Both the position numbers and the translations under genes were made by a program. Of a DNA stretch of 64,000 nt, positions 11,109 to 24,482 are shown in pieces. The notes below the pieces were generated by a model. The model did not search any database. It saw only the letters and a program-made list of their open reading frames with translations, and was not told the DNA's origin. The DNA lies in the NCBI RefSeq assembly GCF_022045235.1, contig NW_027266269.1:27156001-27220000 (forward strand), given 5' to 3'. Each line of letters starts with the position of its first letter. Within the stretch, counting starts at the first letter, position 1. The DNA is from Haliotis cracherodii. Taxonomy: Eukaryota.

Positions 11109-13572
11109 CACTACGCTGAGTCTTGAGTTCACTTGACCTGTGTAGTGACAATGGATACTTTGATCCATGTACATATATCCTTCTGTTGAACTTCACTTAT
11201 ACAATGTATGCCATATGAACAGGAACACGTTGTGTCTACCTCAATGATCACCAGATTAATGAGCTGGATTACCTGCGATACAATTATTCAATAAGGGTTG
11301 AGAATGTATATTCCACCTCGGGTTGATCAAGTTCCTCATTTACTAGCTAAGCATATAACACCAGACTAGTGGATGATTTACATGGAAACGGGTTTCCAAA
11401 GAATCTCGATCCTAAGTATTTAACACCTTGGAACACGAGAGGCCCAGTCATCAGAGTTGCGTCCCTTGAGAAAGGAAACCTATAATTGGGGGTTTGAATT
11501 TCTTTTCGCCCCAATTATGTTTCATGGTTGTTCACCACCATACCATGATCATGGGTTTCACTAAAGTGGTAAACGTCTGAAACCTGCACCACCTTGGGCT
11601 TTCCTGCATTAAACTGCCACACTGTGACATAACTGGGATGCTGTTTAAAGCGGTATTCACTCAAGATCACTTACTTAAAATCCATATCATGCTCATGGTT
11701 TACTCCGAAGCATTGACTGCAACGAGACATCTTTCCTCCAGCATCCAAGTCAAACGGAGACATATACGTGAAACACAGAGCAAAGTGGTTGTCAACGTCA
11801 TCATTGCCTGAACATGATGGTTCTCTGGCAAGGTCAGCGACTTGTGTTATGTTTGCCCTAAAAGACCAACCATTTGTTTGAAATGAATGTCTTAGGCTCA
11901 GCCGTTAAGGAAAACCTATGTATGGATAGTTTGTAGGTGCTAAAACCATCTTCACATACTGGGAACCTACATTTCGTCAAAAGGGCTTTTTACAGAACAC
12001 ACGAACGTCGTTCCAACTCGATCTAAGGATTACCAGGCAGGTATACTCACGACAGTTCTTTATTAATGACAGTGAGGGACTCTTTGCCTCGAGACGACGT
12101 GGTAAGATGTACCATTCTCCATGAATTGCACCGACCTGACAATATAAGCTAAAAATACACTGTCTATACTGAGAGGCTAAACGTTCAAGCGTTTAAGTCT
12201 ATTCTTATGCGGTTGATAATTGTAATGTAGTTCTCAAAAACTTTCCTGAATTTTGTGAGACTAGAGTCAATAATGGAATAATAAAAAGTGGAATAATTTG
12301 CTTGTAAATGCTAGCGATCACATTGAGTTCGTTGAGTATGATATTTCTGCGGTAGATGTTTCATTGCAGTACTGCTTGTGGGGACCCAGGTGGCGCTGCA
12401 GCTGCTGAGTAGAAATGCGTCCTACATCTGAAGTCACATTCTTTCGACAATTATGTGCCCGGGGAGTTAAGCAACGATTCCATCTTCGTTTCTACATGTT
12501 CTTTTTATTTGGATTTTATTTTGTGTTATCAATTTACTCTTAGAGTTCTACTACGTGACTATCTGTCACTTCCATTAAGATATAAACTCAGATGCAAAAG
12601 AAAGTACATCAATTTTATTATTTTTAAATTGAAGGAAATGTTGTCACATTTAATTATGTCTGTTTAGCCATCTTTCATTCCAACAACGAATCTCTCAAAC
12701 AAGAAGACGATCCACATTGATGACACCTCTTTGATGTAAAAGGTTCGGTCACAATCACACTTACTAAATCTGGAAGCAGCTGTCATGGAGCTTCATGAAC
12801 CTTTTACCTTTTAATAGCATTTCTCGACAGATACGAAATATTATCCTCTCTGTTTATTATGTATTAATGTACAAGACACATTTGTTGACAGTATTCTTTC
12901 TTTAATGCTGATGATGCATACTATATTTGAAGTCACTTTTGATTTTGTATATACATATATATTCACAAGTAAAGAGAAAACTACTTTTGATCAACGAAAT
13001 TCGAAACCAATGTCAGCAGATGCAAGAAAGACAATTCTCACAGCACGTGATCCGTGAGGGCTAGCAATATAATCCTTGAAGACAGGTGCCGAAGACAATG
13101 CATGATTGTCAAAATGGGAAAAGACAGGTCATGATGATATCGAGGACCCTTCAGATTACCCTACACAGTGATCAAGGGACGTTTACAATTGAATGAAACA
13201 CATATTCATACCATTACCGAACTGCACGTGCACTATTAGTTTGCTCTTCAAATAGCAGGCATGTACGATGTACAATACTAGTCCCGAAGACTAGAACCAA
13301 GGTTTTTACAATACATCTTACCCATTTACTGTTCTTGTCTGAATACCTCCTCATAACCTCTTTGATTCCCAAACATATTGTGCCATACTTTTATTCCATT
13401 TGACAGCAAAGATAGTTTTGTGTTTTTTTGGTGAAGATGAATTTATTCTGAAATGTCAGGATTATCACTGAAGCTATTACTCGACTTTGCAAATATTAAG
13501 TCTATATTCGAAGCTCCCGAGGCACGTGAAGAATGCACCAGAAGAACAATGGATATCAGCAGAAGGCAAATA

Positions 13573-13652
13573 CCATGTGTGGAAGTCGAGAGCTTTTAAC
13601 GTAACAATTGTTTCCTGCATCCCTCAGGCGTTGTGAATGGAGGAAACCTCAG
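13573..13652 (+). other. Invariant 80-bp core, copy 2
   Basis: Identical to 6337-6416. Confidence 0.9.
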
Positions 13653-14396
13653 AGTAATTAACCAGTGAAGCATTTGTCTTTTTATGCTGAGATTGAATGC
13701 CACAGTGCACAAAGACAGCTTGTGGAGCGGATTAGGTTGCTCCTCGTGAAGGGCAATTTGCGAATTGCCATCGCATTTGTTGAATGGATATTGAATCGCG
13801 GCGGCTGCTACCGGTAAGGCAGGTAATGCTTATATTTTTCGCGAACACCTGGTGTCATCGCTGATTTCAACATTTCATTTTCGCCTCTCTCTTGCTTTTT
13901 ACGCCAATTGGAATGATTGTTTCGTCAGGTAGTCGAGATTGATGATTCACTGGCGTTGACATTTCATATTTATATCATGGACTGTTCTGGGTGAACAATA
14001 CCTTCCAGATGGCGTGCTGGTTTTCTTGGGGGAATTAGTCAGCGAAGAGCCGGAGCCACATGCGACTAATCACAATTTTATTTACAAGAACAATTAACAA
14101 TATCTTAGAGAATAGCTGAGGGTGCCACAGAGAGTCGGTACAACCCTCTGGGTTGTGGGAGAGAGGTCTGCTTGGTAAGAGAGTCAAACCCCTTCTCTGC
14201 CCTATCATGTTGCTACAGTATGTATTTAATAAAAATTTGAACAATAAAAAGGAATGTGATTGGTTGATACACGATTGGTTGTGCCCTATGCTAATTGAAT
14301 GGCTAGACAGAGGGGAATACTTAATCCTGTTAATCCTGTTGGACTGGCACTAATCTTGTTGACATATTTACTGGATGCTTTGAAAGAGATTATGGT

Positions 14397-14512
14397 GACA
14401 CTATAGACGAGCTTGTGTTGGGGCTAATCCTTAATGCACTATAGACGAGCTTGTATGGGGGCTAATCCTTAATGCCCTATAAACGAGCTTGGATGTAGGC
14501 TAATCCTTAATG
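14397..14512 (+). repeat. Tandem repeat, ~38-39 bp x3
   Basis: cactatagacgagcttgt..gggctaatccttaatg recurs at ~14399, ~14438 and ~14476. Confidence 0.9.
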
Positions 14513-14717
14513 AGTCTGCTGAATGTTATTCTAATATAGGTGATGACAGATTTACTTAAATAAAATAGTTCAAGGTAATCTATAAGACTATGTAGACATA
14601 TCTTTTGTCTGGGAGATGGGATCTTGATACCTTAGGCTAGCATTTATCTAAAAGCTTCAAATCAATTAAACTATGTAGACGTAACTCTTGTTTTATTGAA
14701 TAGTATGTCTAGGAGAT

Positions 14718-15461
14718 TGATTTTATTTATTTTTTTACACTTTTAATTTCTCAAAATCAGAAATTAAAGTGTAAACAAACAAAAAATCACAAAAAAATGG
14801 CATAACCTATATCTAAACTCAAATAGCCAAATCAAAAGAGTGCTCAGCAAACCACTAACCAAACCAAAAATTCTCCATCCATCAAAAAAAAAATCGACAG
14901 AGTAATCACTAAACTACAAACAGGACACACCAACCTAAATAACCACCTAAACAAAATTAAAAAAACACACTACAGGTAACTGCCCACACTGCAAACAACT
15001 AGAAACCACAGAACACGCACTCATCCACTGCACACACTACCTCACACATCGAACCGCATTACAAACCACCCTCAATCTAAACAAGGCTCTCACTCTAGAA
15101 GCAATACTAAACCCACAAAATAAACTAGAAAACTTCAAGGCCTTAGGCGTATTCTTAATCAAAACGGAACTAATAAAACGCATCTAAAAACATAATAACC
15201 TACCAAATCAAAATCACATAAACAAACAAACAAACATCCACCATACCCAGCTCCCTTAGTTCTCCTCCCCAACCCCATCGGCATCTATTCCAAATCTCAT
15301 AATTCCCAAATTCTATATAAGCAACCCCTAAAGCCCCCTCTTGGGTTGCACAGACCACCTTCGCCCCTTTCGGAAACACATTAAATGGCCTGGCCGGGCC
15401 CGTGTGCGAAATACGCATCAGTCGGAAAGCGCACGTTAAATCTCCAAAGTAAGTAAGTAAG
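14718..15461 (+). mobile_element. 5'-truncated LINE (I/Nimb-like) 3' end with CCHC zinc finger
   Basis: Frameshifted translation ITKLQTGHTNLNNHLNKI..GNCPHCKQLETTEHALIHCTHY..R...FLIKTELIKRI-stop; the 3' UTR ends gcacgttaaatc plus (GTAA)n; TSD TAGGAGAT at 14710-14717 and 15462-15469. Confidence 0.85.
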
Positions 15462-16119
15462 TAGGAGATGCGCTCCCATTACCTTAGGCTAGCATCTGTC
15501 TAAAAAGCTATAACTGAAACTGCTGATATTTTATATGTGCATTTTACCTGATGACAAGTATTACTTGCTAAACTATTATATGAAATGATGTATAAATATT
15601 ACACCATGATATTTACATCAAATTATCGATTCTAAATTATCTGAAATGTAAAATGATAATTTAAAACCATATAGCCGGAGTCCCCTCTTTCCTCCGATTT
15701 CTGATAAACATCTTCCCATAAAACTTAAACGAATAACTGAGTTACATGCTGGTGGATTTACTTCATTGTGAGAAGTTCAAAGGATGAAACTAGTTGATAT
15801 GTGAAGTTTCTTATGATTGCTGCTCGCCAGAGATACTGTGGTTCTACACGACCGAGATACGTAATACTTCCTGGCCCGTTGCTGGTTATTCTGGAAGTGA
15901 TGCAGTGTGAAAGTCAGAAGTTGTTTGTTTATTATCTGCTACTGAATGATTAGAGTTACGGACGCTCAATTTCATTTCAGTAACAAGACACACAAGAATG
16001 TGACTGCATGTTTGAATGGCACAGGCAAGGTAATTGCATATATTGCAGACTGCACCAGACAGTCAGATGACATATGTATATGGAATTTGCAAACACCTTA
16101 TAATATTGAGATGGCTTAG

Positions 16120-17300
16120 ACTATCATTGCATTGTGTGAGTGAGCATAATAGTTTAATGACGAGATAAAAACTGTTTCATATCTGCATTGTCGTGAATGT
16201 AGCAAAGTGGTGTAAAATGCGGACAAAATGTTCCGGTCCTACGTCCGTCCTGTTTCTTGGTATTTCTGGTAATGTTTTACCAAAATAATACAAATCTGTA
16301 AGGCGCTACCTGGTGATACTCATGGTTATGGTTTTTGAGACGTTGTCAGTGGGAACAACTACAAACCCTTCGGGCAGGACAGACATGCTTTGGATAACAG
16401 CTGGTTTGGACCGAATGGATTTATTCTAGTTCTGTTTCCTCCTTTTCAGCTTGTGCTTTCTACTATCGACAGCATCATGCTTTTCATGCAACGCACCCTG
16501 ATACACATGCAACAGGTCCATTTCCTTTGGAAAACTTTGATATATGCTTCCACAGAATCCATGATAATGTTAACGATGTGACCTCAGTTGGTACGAGGCT
16601 GCTCATGATAGTTTGTCTCATATTTGAGTAACTGACGATGTTTCGATGTCAACAATAGAGAAATCACCTGTGATTACACAACGAAAAGATTGTTAGCAGA
16701 GTGATGATTCAAACACAAGTAGTAGCACTTACACCATGAGATGCCAAGTCCACATTCTACATAACGTTCCTGTAATTGAACAACTTTGGTGTTCGTAAAG
16801 GACATTAAGACTGTAGCTGTGACTGTAAAGCATAAATTTCCTTGAAAGCAATTTTCAGATTCACCAACATGCTGTCTTCTAGAGATTTCTTGAAGGCAGT
16901 TTCTCGTTTTGGGCAAAGGTTTCAAAGCAATGTCAAGAACTATACTCTCTGGTCGATACTGTGGGTTCTTACTGTTTATGGACTTATCCATCATCAAATG
17001 TTACTTGTATCGTTTGATTTCTTTTAACAACCCAGAGTAATGTCTTGTTCTTTCTTTGTGCAGTCTCAGTCGTTTCTCAGGGAGAAGATAATATATTCGG
17101 AATCAGTAGTATCATTTGGCCTTCGTCCTTTCTTGTGATCGTGGCTGCGCTGATGTCTCTTTTTTAAACCAACCCTAAACGACATCAGGTATTGTAATTG
17201 ATCGATATTTCATGTAAATTAGCTCTATTCGAAAGTTTTCACATTTTTTAGCTGGTCTGTATTTACATATGCTGCTCACGGGTTCACAGGAAGATCCTCT
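16120..17300 (-). mobile_element. Degenerate Penelope-like ORF fragment (unit B copy)
   Basis: Paralog of 7240-8200; the minus strand also gives CVITGDFSIVD, matching the PLE 'GHVITGDL.I' motif. Confidence 0.7.
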
Positions 17301-20300
17301 GGTTCGACATGTATGTAATTCCACACTTCAACTAAACCAAGTGTGCAAACAAAACACTGATACATGTGTGTGAAATATTCAACCCTTCTTAAATCGGTGC
17401 CCGACATGCACGATGAGAAAGATTATAACAAAAAGTCGATTCCACCTGTTCTAATCGTTTCTTGACACTTGAACATCACACTTACAACTTCTAACTCTAA
17501 GCCTGGCTTATTACCAACACCTAAACTTATGGGGTGTAAGAGAACGATGTTCCCAAGTCATAAAGTGTACATAACTAGAGATTTCATTTTGCAGGCTACG
17601 CAAATAGCTGTAATAACTGTCTAAATAGATGCAAATATCCACTGATTGTGGATTTGAATCTCAGCTGAAATTTCGCATGGTTAATGCAGCGCTCGTGGCC
17701 TTCAGCATGGAATTCGAAAATGAACTACGCCGCTTTATCAGTTCGTCTGACACATTGTGATATTTACAATAGTAAACGAGCCCCCGTGTTATACCGATTT
17801 TATGAAACGAGTGAATAGTTTGGTAACTGACGTCCAAAAGCCCACGCCCCTTCTACCGTCACAACACTAGTCTCGGTGTCATTTTAAGCGTGTGCTTAGC
17901 TCAATCGCATGTGTGTGATTATGCGTTCCCATGTTGTTGAAACACTTTGGCTTCTGTGTTTGGCAAGTGAATCACGTGCTGTGTATGCATAATGTAAAAT
18001 TTGCGTTGAGATGCAACGTCATAATATTGTCAATGTACACCTTAACCACATTCAACGCATTAGTTCCTGTATTTTTATCGTGAGAACCATTGCTTTCATC
18101 TTGAAGAACATCAGATCCCCACCACTGTTCAGCCAAATGTTAGGAATAGTTTAGCAACTGGCAATTGTCAACTCAAATATTAAATAACTATGTCAAACGT
18201 TCCTTTCGTTTCAAGTATGCTTCACCCGAGATGCGGCAATTGTAATTCCTCATGCGCCGCTCGCTCTTCTGTGAGAGATGGACTGTGAAGGTGAGGATGT
18301 CTGGTTGTTGCTTATCTGGTACAGACCTGAGGGAACATAACAGACATTTAATTTAACGTAACAAGACACACACTAGAGTATCCTGTCGCTTGATTGCATG
18401 TTTGAAGTACATTGCGTATATATGATTTATCATACCTCAAAGATCACCAGATTAATGAGCTGGATTACCTGCGATACAATTATCAAATGTGTCGAAATTG
18501 TATTTTCCATCTCGGGTTGACCAAGTTCCTCATTTACTAGCTGAGCATGTAACACCAGACTAGTGGATGTTTTACATGGATGCACGTTTCCAAAGAAACT
18601 CGATACTAAGTATTTTAAAAAACACCAGAGAACATGAGAGACCGAGTCATCAGAGTTGCGTCTCTTGAGAATGCAGGAAACCTGATATTGGTTGTTCGCC
18701 ACCATGCCCACGTTTATGGGTTTCACCAAAGTGGTAAACGTCCGAAACATGCATTAACTTGGGTTTTCCTACATTAATTGACACGCCGTGCCATAACCGG
18801 AATACTGTTAAAAGGGGTGTTGTCACATGATCATTTACTTTAAAAAACGTATCATGATGATGGTTTACTCTGAAGCATTGATTCCGATGAGACATCTTTC
18901 CTCCAGCATTCACCCTAAACACAGATATAAAAGTGAAAGGAAGAGCAAAGAAGTTATAAACGTCATCATGACCTTAACATGGTATAGGGATGGCGTTCCG
19001 ATTCGTATGGAAAACCTAAGTATGCATTGTTTGTATGTGCTAAAACCATTCTCACATACTGGGAACCTTCATTGTACTTTTCGTTAAAGGCTATTTATAG
19101 GACACACGAATTTTGTTCAAACTCGATCTATTGATTACCAGAGAGGTATACTTACCGCGGTTCTTTGGCAAATGACCGGGAAGAAGATCTCTGTCTCCAG
19201 AGTATGTGCTCAGATCTACCATTCTCTACGTGTCCATGAATTGCATGTATAAATATGAGCTAAAAATACAGTATCTATACAGAGAGGCTAAATTTTCAAG
19301 CGTCTATTCTCTGGCGGTTGATGATTGTAATGTAAAGCTCAAAAGCTTTTTTGCATTCTTTGAGACGGGAGTCAACAAAAAGACCAGATCAATTTAAAAT
19401 TGTAGATCTATTCTGATTTCAACGCATTGTAAAGTTCTACTATTTTCGAGACTTTTTATCTATGATTACTGTGTTTCATGTATAGCTGGTTGAGCATATG
19501 GAAAGGGCATAACCAATTTACTTCAGAACATGAAAGATTGTGATTACGTCCTCATGTTACATGCTGATATTTTTGGAAGCAGATATTCTCTTTTTCTTGC
19601 GTGTTATTCAGCTGAGGGTGGACTCCTATGGGAATAATCTACAATTGCTTGTAAATGCTTGTGATCACATTGAGGAAGTTAAGTATGATACTCCTGCTGC
19701 AGCTGTATCATTGTAGTACCTTAGTGGGGTACTGGTGGCACTGAAGCTGCTGTCCAGGGATGCGACCTTTATCTGAAGTCCCATAATTACTTGCGAAATC
19801 TGTTGGTATCTGCTGAAATGCATTTACTTTATATAAATACACCTAGAAAGTAATTAAACAAAACCCAAATCTCGATGAAAGAGTGAATTTACTTGCGGCT
19901 TTAAGCTCATGCGTTCGAGACGATGAGTTCACCAATGTGCAGATTCAAGGGTGTCAGTCTTGCAATGTGTCAGATGCCCTGTAATCTCACAGTTCGCATG
20001 TTTTATATGGCTGAGAGCATGCTGGTACCTGTGTGGGAAGCTGGGACAGATAGAACAGAGTCACTCTTCTCTCTGTGATTCTACTAATACAGTACTGGAG
20101 GTCCTCCATCCAGCACTCTGTCATTGGAATCGGTCACTACCACTTCTGAAAGGTGGTAGTTTTTTTCTGAATTTCCACTGGATTGTCAACTGAACGGATA
20201 GTTAGGATAGGGTCATGTTACGATTCAAGGGTAACATTGCCTCATGTCATTGATGATATATGTGAATATAGGGTAATGGTATCACGAAGCTCATTTGGAG

Positions 20301-22252
20301 AAGTTTCCTGATAACATCATGACATACATCTGTTCTAATTCCCTTCACTAACATTAGCGTGGGTAACGTTGTGATGCGGACGCGCTTGTTGACAATAACA
20401 GTATTAGTAGGTTGTAACATTTGCTATCGCACACAGGCACGAAAACGAGAACATCGCGTCCTTATTGAAACATATATGTTGTGAAAAAATATCTAAATGT
20501 CACATCGAAATAAGTTGACATCACGAACTGACCATTAACAAAGGCAATATCAAGAGATAGCCCTCGTCAAGGATCTAATGTCTTAGATAGCAAAGTCAAA
20601 GTTGGTCTGAAGAATCAAAGGTGACTTCAAATATATTATGCATTATCTCTTTTAAGGATAAATGCAGCCAACAAATGTGTCTTGTACATTAAAACATAAT
20701 AAACGTGAGGTGTATATTTCGTATCTGTTGAGAAATGCTATTGGTAAAAGGTTCATGAAGCTCCATGACAGCTGCTTCCAGATTTAGTAAGTGTGGTTGT
20801 GACAGAACCTTTTACAGCAAAGAGGTGTCATAAATGTGGATCTTCTTCTTGTTTGAGAGATTTGTTGTTGGAATGAAAGATGGCTATATAGACATAATCA
20901 AATGTGACAACATTTCTTATAATTTAAAATTGCATCTGAGTTTATATCTTAATGGAAGTGACAGATAGTCACATAGTAAAACTCTTTAGTAAATGGATAA
21001 CACAAAATAATAAAAAAGATAAAAAGAACATGTAGAAACGAAGATGGAATTGTTGCTTAACTCCCCGGCCTCATAATTGTGGAAAGAACGAGACTTCAGA
21101 CATAGGACGCTATTCTACTCAGCAGCTGCAGCGCCATCTGGGTCCCCACAAGCGGGACTACAATGAAACATCTACCACAGTAATATCATACTCAACGAAC
21201 TCAATGTGATCATTATCATTTACAAACACTTTATTCCAACAGGGCTCCATCATGGCAGAATAACACGCAAGAAAATGAGAAAATCTGCATCCAAAAATAT
21301 CAGCATGTAACATGAGGACGTAATTACAGTCTTTCTTCAGAAAATGGGTTGTGCCCTTCTCCTATTTGGAACTAAACATACACAAAACACAGTGATCAGA
21401 GGGAGACAGTCTCGCAAATAGTACAACTTTACAATGTGTAGACACCAGAATAGATCTACAATTTAAAATGCATCTGGTCTTTTTGTTGACTCCAGTCTCA
21501 CAAAATTCGAGAATGCTTTTGAGAACTACATTACAATTATCAACCGCATAAGAATAGACTTAAACGCTTGCACGTTTAGCCTCTCAGTAGAGACAGTGTA
21601 TATTTAGCAATTCATGGAGAATGGTACATCTTACCACGTCGTCTCGAGGCAAAGAGTCCCTCACTGTCATTAATAAAGAACTGTCGTGAGTATACCTGCC
21701 ATGTAATCTTTAGATCGCGTTGGAACGACATTCGTGTGTTCTGTAAAAAGCCCTTTAACGAAAACTAGGTTCCACGTATGTGAAGATGCTTTCAGCACAT
21801 ACAAACTATGCAAACATAGGTTTCCCTTAACGGCTGAGCCTAAGACATTCATTTCAAACAAATGGTTAGTCTTTTAGGGCAAACATAATACAAATCGCTG
21901 ACTTTGCCAGGGAACCATCATATTCAGGCAATGATGACGTTGACAACCACTTTGCCCTGTGTTTCACTCATATGTCTCTGTTTGACTTGAATGCTTTGGG
22001 AAAGATGTCTCATTGCAGTCAGTTCTTTGGAGTAAACCATCATCATGATCAGTTTTTTTAAAGTAAGTGATCATGAGTGAATACCACTTTAAACAGCATC
22101 ACAGTTATGTCACAGTGTGACAGTTTAAGGCAGGAAAACCAAAGGTGGTGCAGATTTCAGACGTTTACCACTTTAGTGAAACCCATGATCATGGGTATGG
22201 TGGTGAACAACCATGAAACATGGTTGCGAACAGAAATTCCAACCCCCAATCC

Positions 22253-22511
22253 TCCCGTGAAAATCCAGGGTAGAAAAGGTCTTCAGCAACCCATGCTTGC
22301 CGTAAAAGGCGACTGTGCTTGTCGTAAGAGGCGACTAACGGGATCGGGTGGTCTGGCCTGCTAACGTGGTTGATGTATGTCATCGATCCCAACTGCGTGG
22401 ATCGATACTCATGATGTCAATCACTGGATTGTCTGGTCCAGGCTCGATTATTTACAGACCACCGTCATATAACTCGAATATTGCTGAGTGCAGCGTTAAA
22501 CAACAAACAAA
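22253..22511 (+). mobile_element. SINE-like family 4 copy
   Basis: cccgtgaa...gtcgtaagaggcgactaacggg...gcgttaaacaacaaac; imperfect TSD aacccccaatc/aacctcaaatc; empty site at ~11480-11500. Confidence 0.9.
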
Positions 22512-23487
22512 CCTCAAATCATAGGTTTCCTGCATTCTTAAGGGACGCAACTCTGATGACTGGGCATCTCGTGTTCCCTGGTGTTTAAATACTTAGGACC
22601 GAGTGTCTTTGAAAAGCCGTATCCATGTAAAACATCCACTAGTCTGGTGTTATATGCTTAGCTAGTAAATCAGGTCAACCCGAGATGGAATATACATTCT
22701 CAACACTTATTGGATAATTGTATTGCAGGTAATCCAGCTCATTAATTTGGTGATAGGTAGGTAGGTAGAACGTGTTTCTGTTTCTATGACATACATTGTA
22801 TAAGTGAAGTTCTAGAGAAGGATATATGTACACGGATCAAATTACCCACTGTCACTACACATGTCAAGTGAACTCAAGACTCAGCGTAGTGAATTGGTTA
22901 ATGAATTTGCCTGTTATACCCGAAATTGATCGCCAAATGAACCATTTACACCGAGCTACAATCAGCGTACGGAAACACGGAACTAACCTGGTCACACAAT
23001 GGAACTGATCACGTCCCTTTAGTCGGTAACGAAATGTACTGACGACAGTCTTTTGGGTATTAATAGCAACCTTTAGCGGCAAGTGGTCATGCTGTAAGTA
23101 GTGATATGTCATGTCAGCCTGTAAAGTATGATAAATCATATATACGCAATGTACTTTAAACATGTAATCAAGCGACAGGATATCCTATTGTGTGTCTTGT
23201 TACGTTGTATCAAATGTCTGTCCTGTTCCCTCAAGTCTGAACTAGATAGCAACAACCAGACCTTATTACCTTCACAGTCCATCTCTCATAGAAGACCGAG
23301 CGGCGCACGATTTACGCGTCTCGGGTGAAGAATACTCGAAACGAAACGAACGGTTGACATAATTATTCAATATTTGAGTTGATAGTTTCCAGTTGCTAAG
23401 CTATTCCTTACGTTTGTCTGAACAGTGGTGGGGATCTTTTGTTCTTCAAGATAAAAACAAACTACCCTGACAAACTCAAATATTCGA

Positions 23488-23658
23488 GTGAGCGAGTGAG
23501 TATGGTTTTACGCCGCCTTATGCAATATTCCAGCAATATCACGGCGGGGTACACCAGAAATGGGCTTCACACATTGTACCCATGTTGCGAATCGAAGCCG
23601 GGTCTTTGGCGTGACGAGCGAACGCTTTAACTACAAGGCTACGTATACCCGACTGCCC
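23488..23658 (-). mobile_element. SINE family 1 (tRNA-Asp-like head), full length
   Basis: TSD CTCAAATATTCGA at 23475-23487 and 23659-23671; head gtcacgcc.aagacccgg.ttcgatt on the minus strand. Confidence 0.92.
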
Positions 23659-23934
23659 CTCAAATATTCGAAGCCATCTCGATACGTATTATATGGTGTT
23701 TGCAATCTCTCACACCAAGTGTTTGTGAAAGGATAAGAATTACCTGCCCTACAGGATGCACCACTACCATTCAACATCCATTCAACAGAAGCGATAATTA
23801 TTCACAAATTGCAAATCACGCGAAGCAACCTAACCCGCTCCACACACTGTCATTGTGCACTGTGGCATTCAATCTCAGCATAAAAAGACACTAGATGTCA
23901 GAGAAAAAGTCAAATGCTTCACTGGTTAATTACG

Positions 23935-24014
23935 CTGAGGTTTCCTCCATTCACAACGCCTGAGGGATGCAGGAAACAATTGTTACGTTAAAAGCTCTCG
24001 ACTTCCACACATGG
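23935..24014 (-). other. Invariant 80-bp core, copy 3
   Basis: Reverse complement is identical to 6337-6416. Confidence 0.9.
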
Positions 24015-24482
24015 TATTTGCTTTCTGTCGATATCTATTGTTCTTCTGGTGCTTTCTTCACGCGCCTCGGGAGCTTCGAGTATAGAATTAATATTTGCAA
24101 AGTCTCTATCTTATAGTTATATTCCTGAACTTTCAGAATGGATTCAATTTCACAAAAACACAAACTATATCCCTCGGAATGTTTCTTATATGTCTCAAAT
24201 AGACTAAGTGTAAGGTACATTATGTTATCAAGCAAAATCATCCCCAAAAAGGCCAAGCATTAGGGAAGGGTCAGCATTGTCTTTAGAGACTTTAGAGCAT
24301 CAAAAACCTCTGACAGAACACCAACATCCTTACACACCTACACACACACTAACACACATAATATCAAATCGTTGGTCACTTTGGGATTTAAAGTGATTGG
24401 CTTGGAGTCAAGACACTGTGTCTCCTTGGGGTATTCTTGATAAACTGTTGCATGGTGTCTCAATGCACCAGCACTTTAAAAC

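Larger units (their letters stand above)
1..12960 (+). repeat. Unit A of a four-unit inverted segmental duplication (probably continues upstream of the window)
   Basis: 1-95 is the reverse complement of ~41100-41195. 190-5460 mirrors 35230-40900, 10270-12960 mirrors 20600-23450, and 5290-6600, 7240-8500 and 10260-12440 recur directly in 13100-19790. Confidence 0.93.
13100..19790 (+). repeat. Unit B of the segmental array (direct relative to A)
   Basis: 13280-13860 matches 5430-6600, 16120-17830 matches 7240-8500 and 18070-19790 matches 10260-12440; 15700-17600 mirrors 30850-33130. Confidence 0.9.

Noticed and set aside
11235-11485. Faint fibronectin-III-like peptide (LRYNYSIRVENV)
   Set aside because: Internal stops, and the frame is not kept in the paralogs at 18430-18680 and 22520-22760.
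13684-13822. In-frame TGA codons as selenocysteine/readthrough in MLRLNATVH...
   Set aside because: Paralogs have TAG/TAA and frameshifts in the same frame.
14030-15690. Possible solo LTR on the minus strand around the LINE insertion
   Set aside because: AATAAA and tandem repeats are present, but I found no clear TG...CA ends or TSD.
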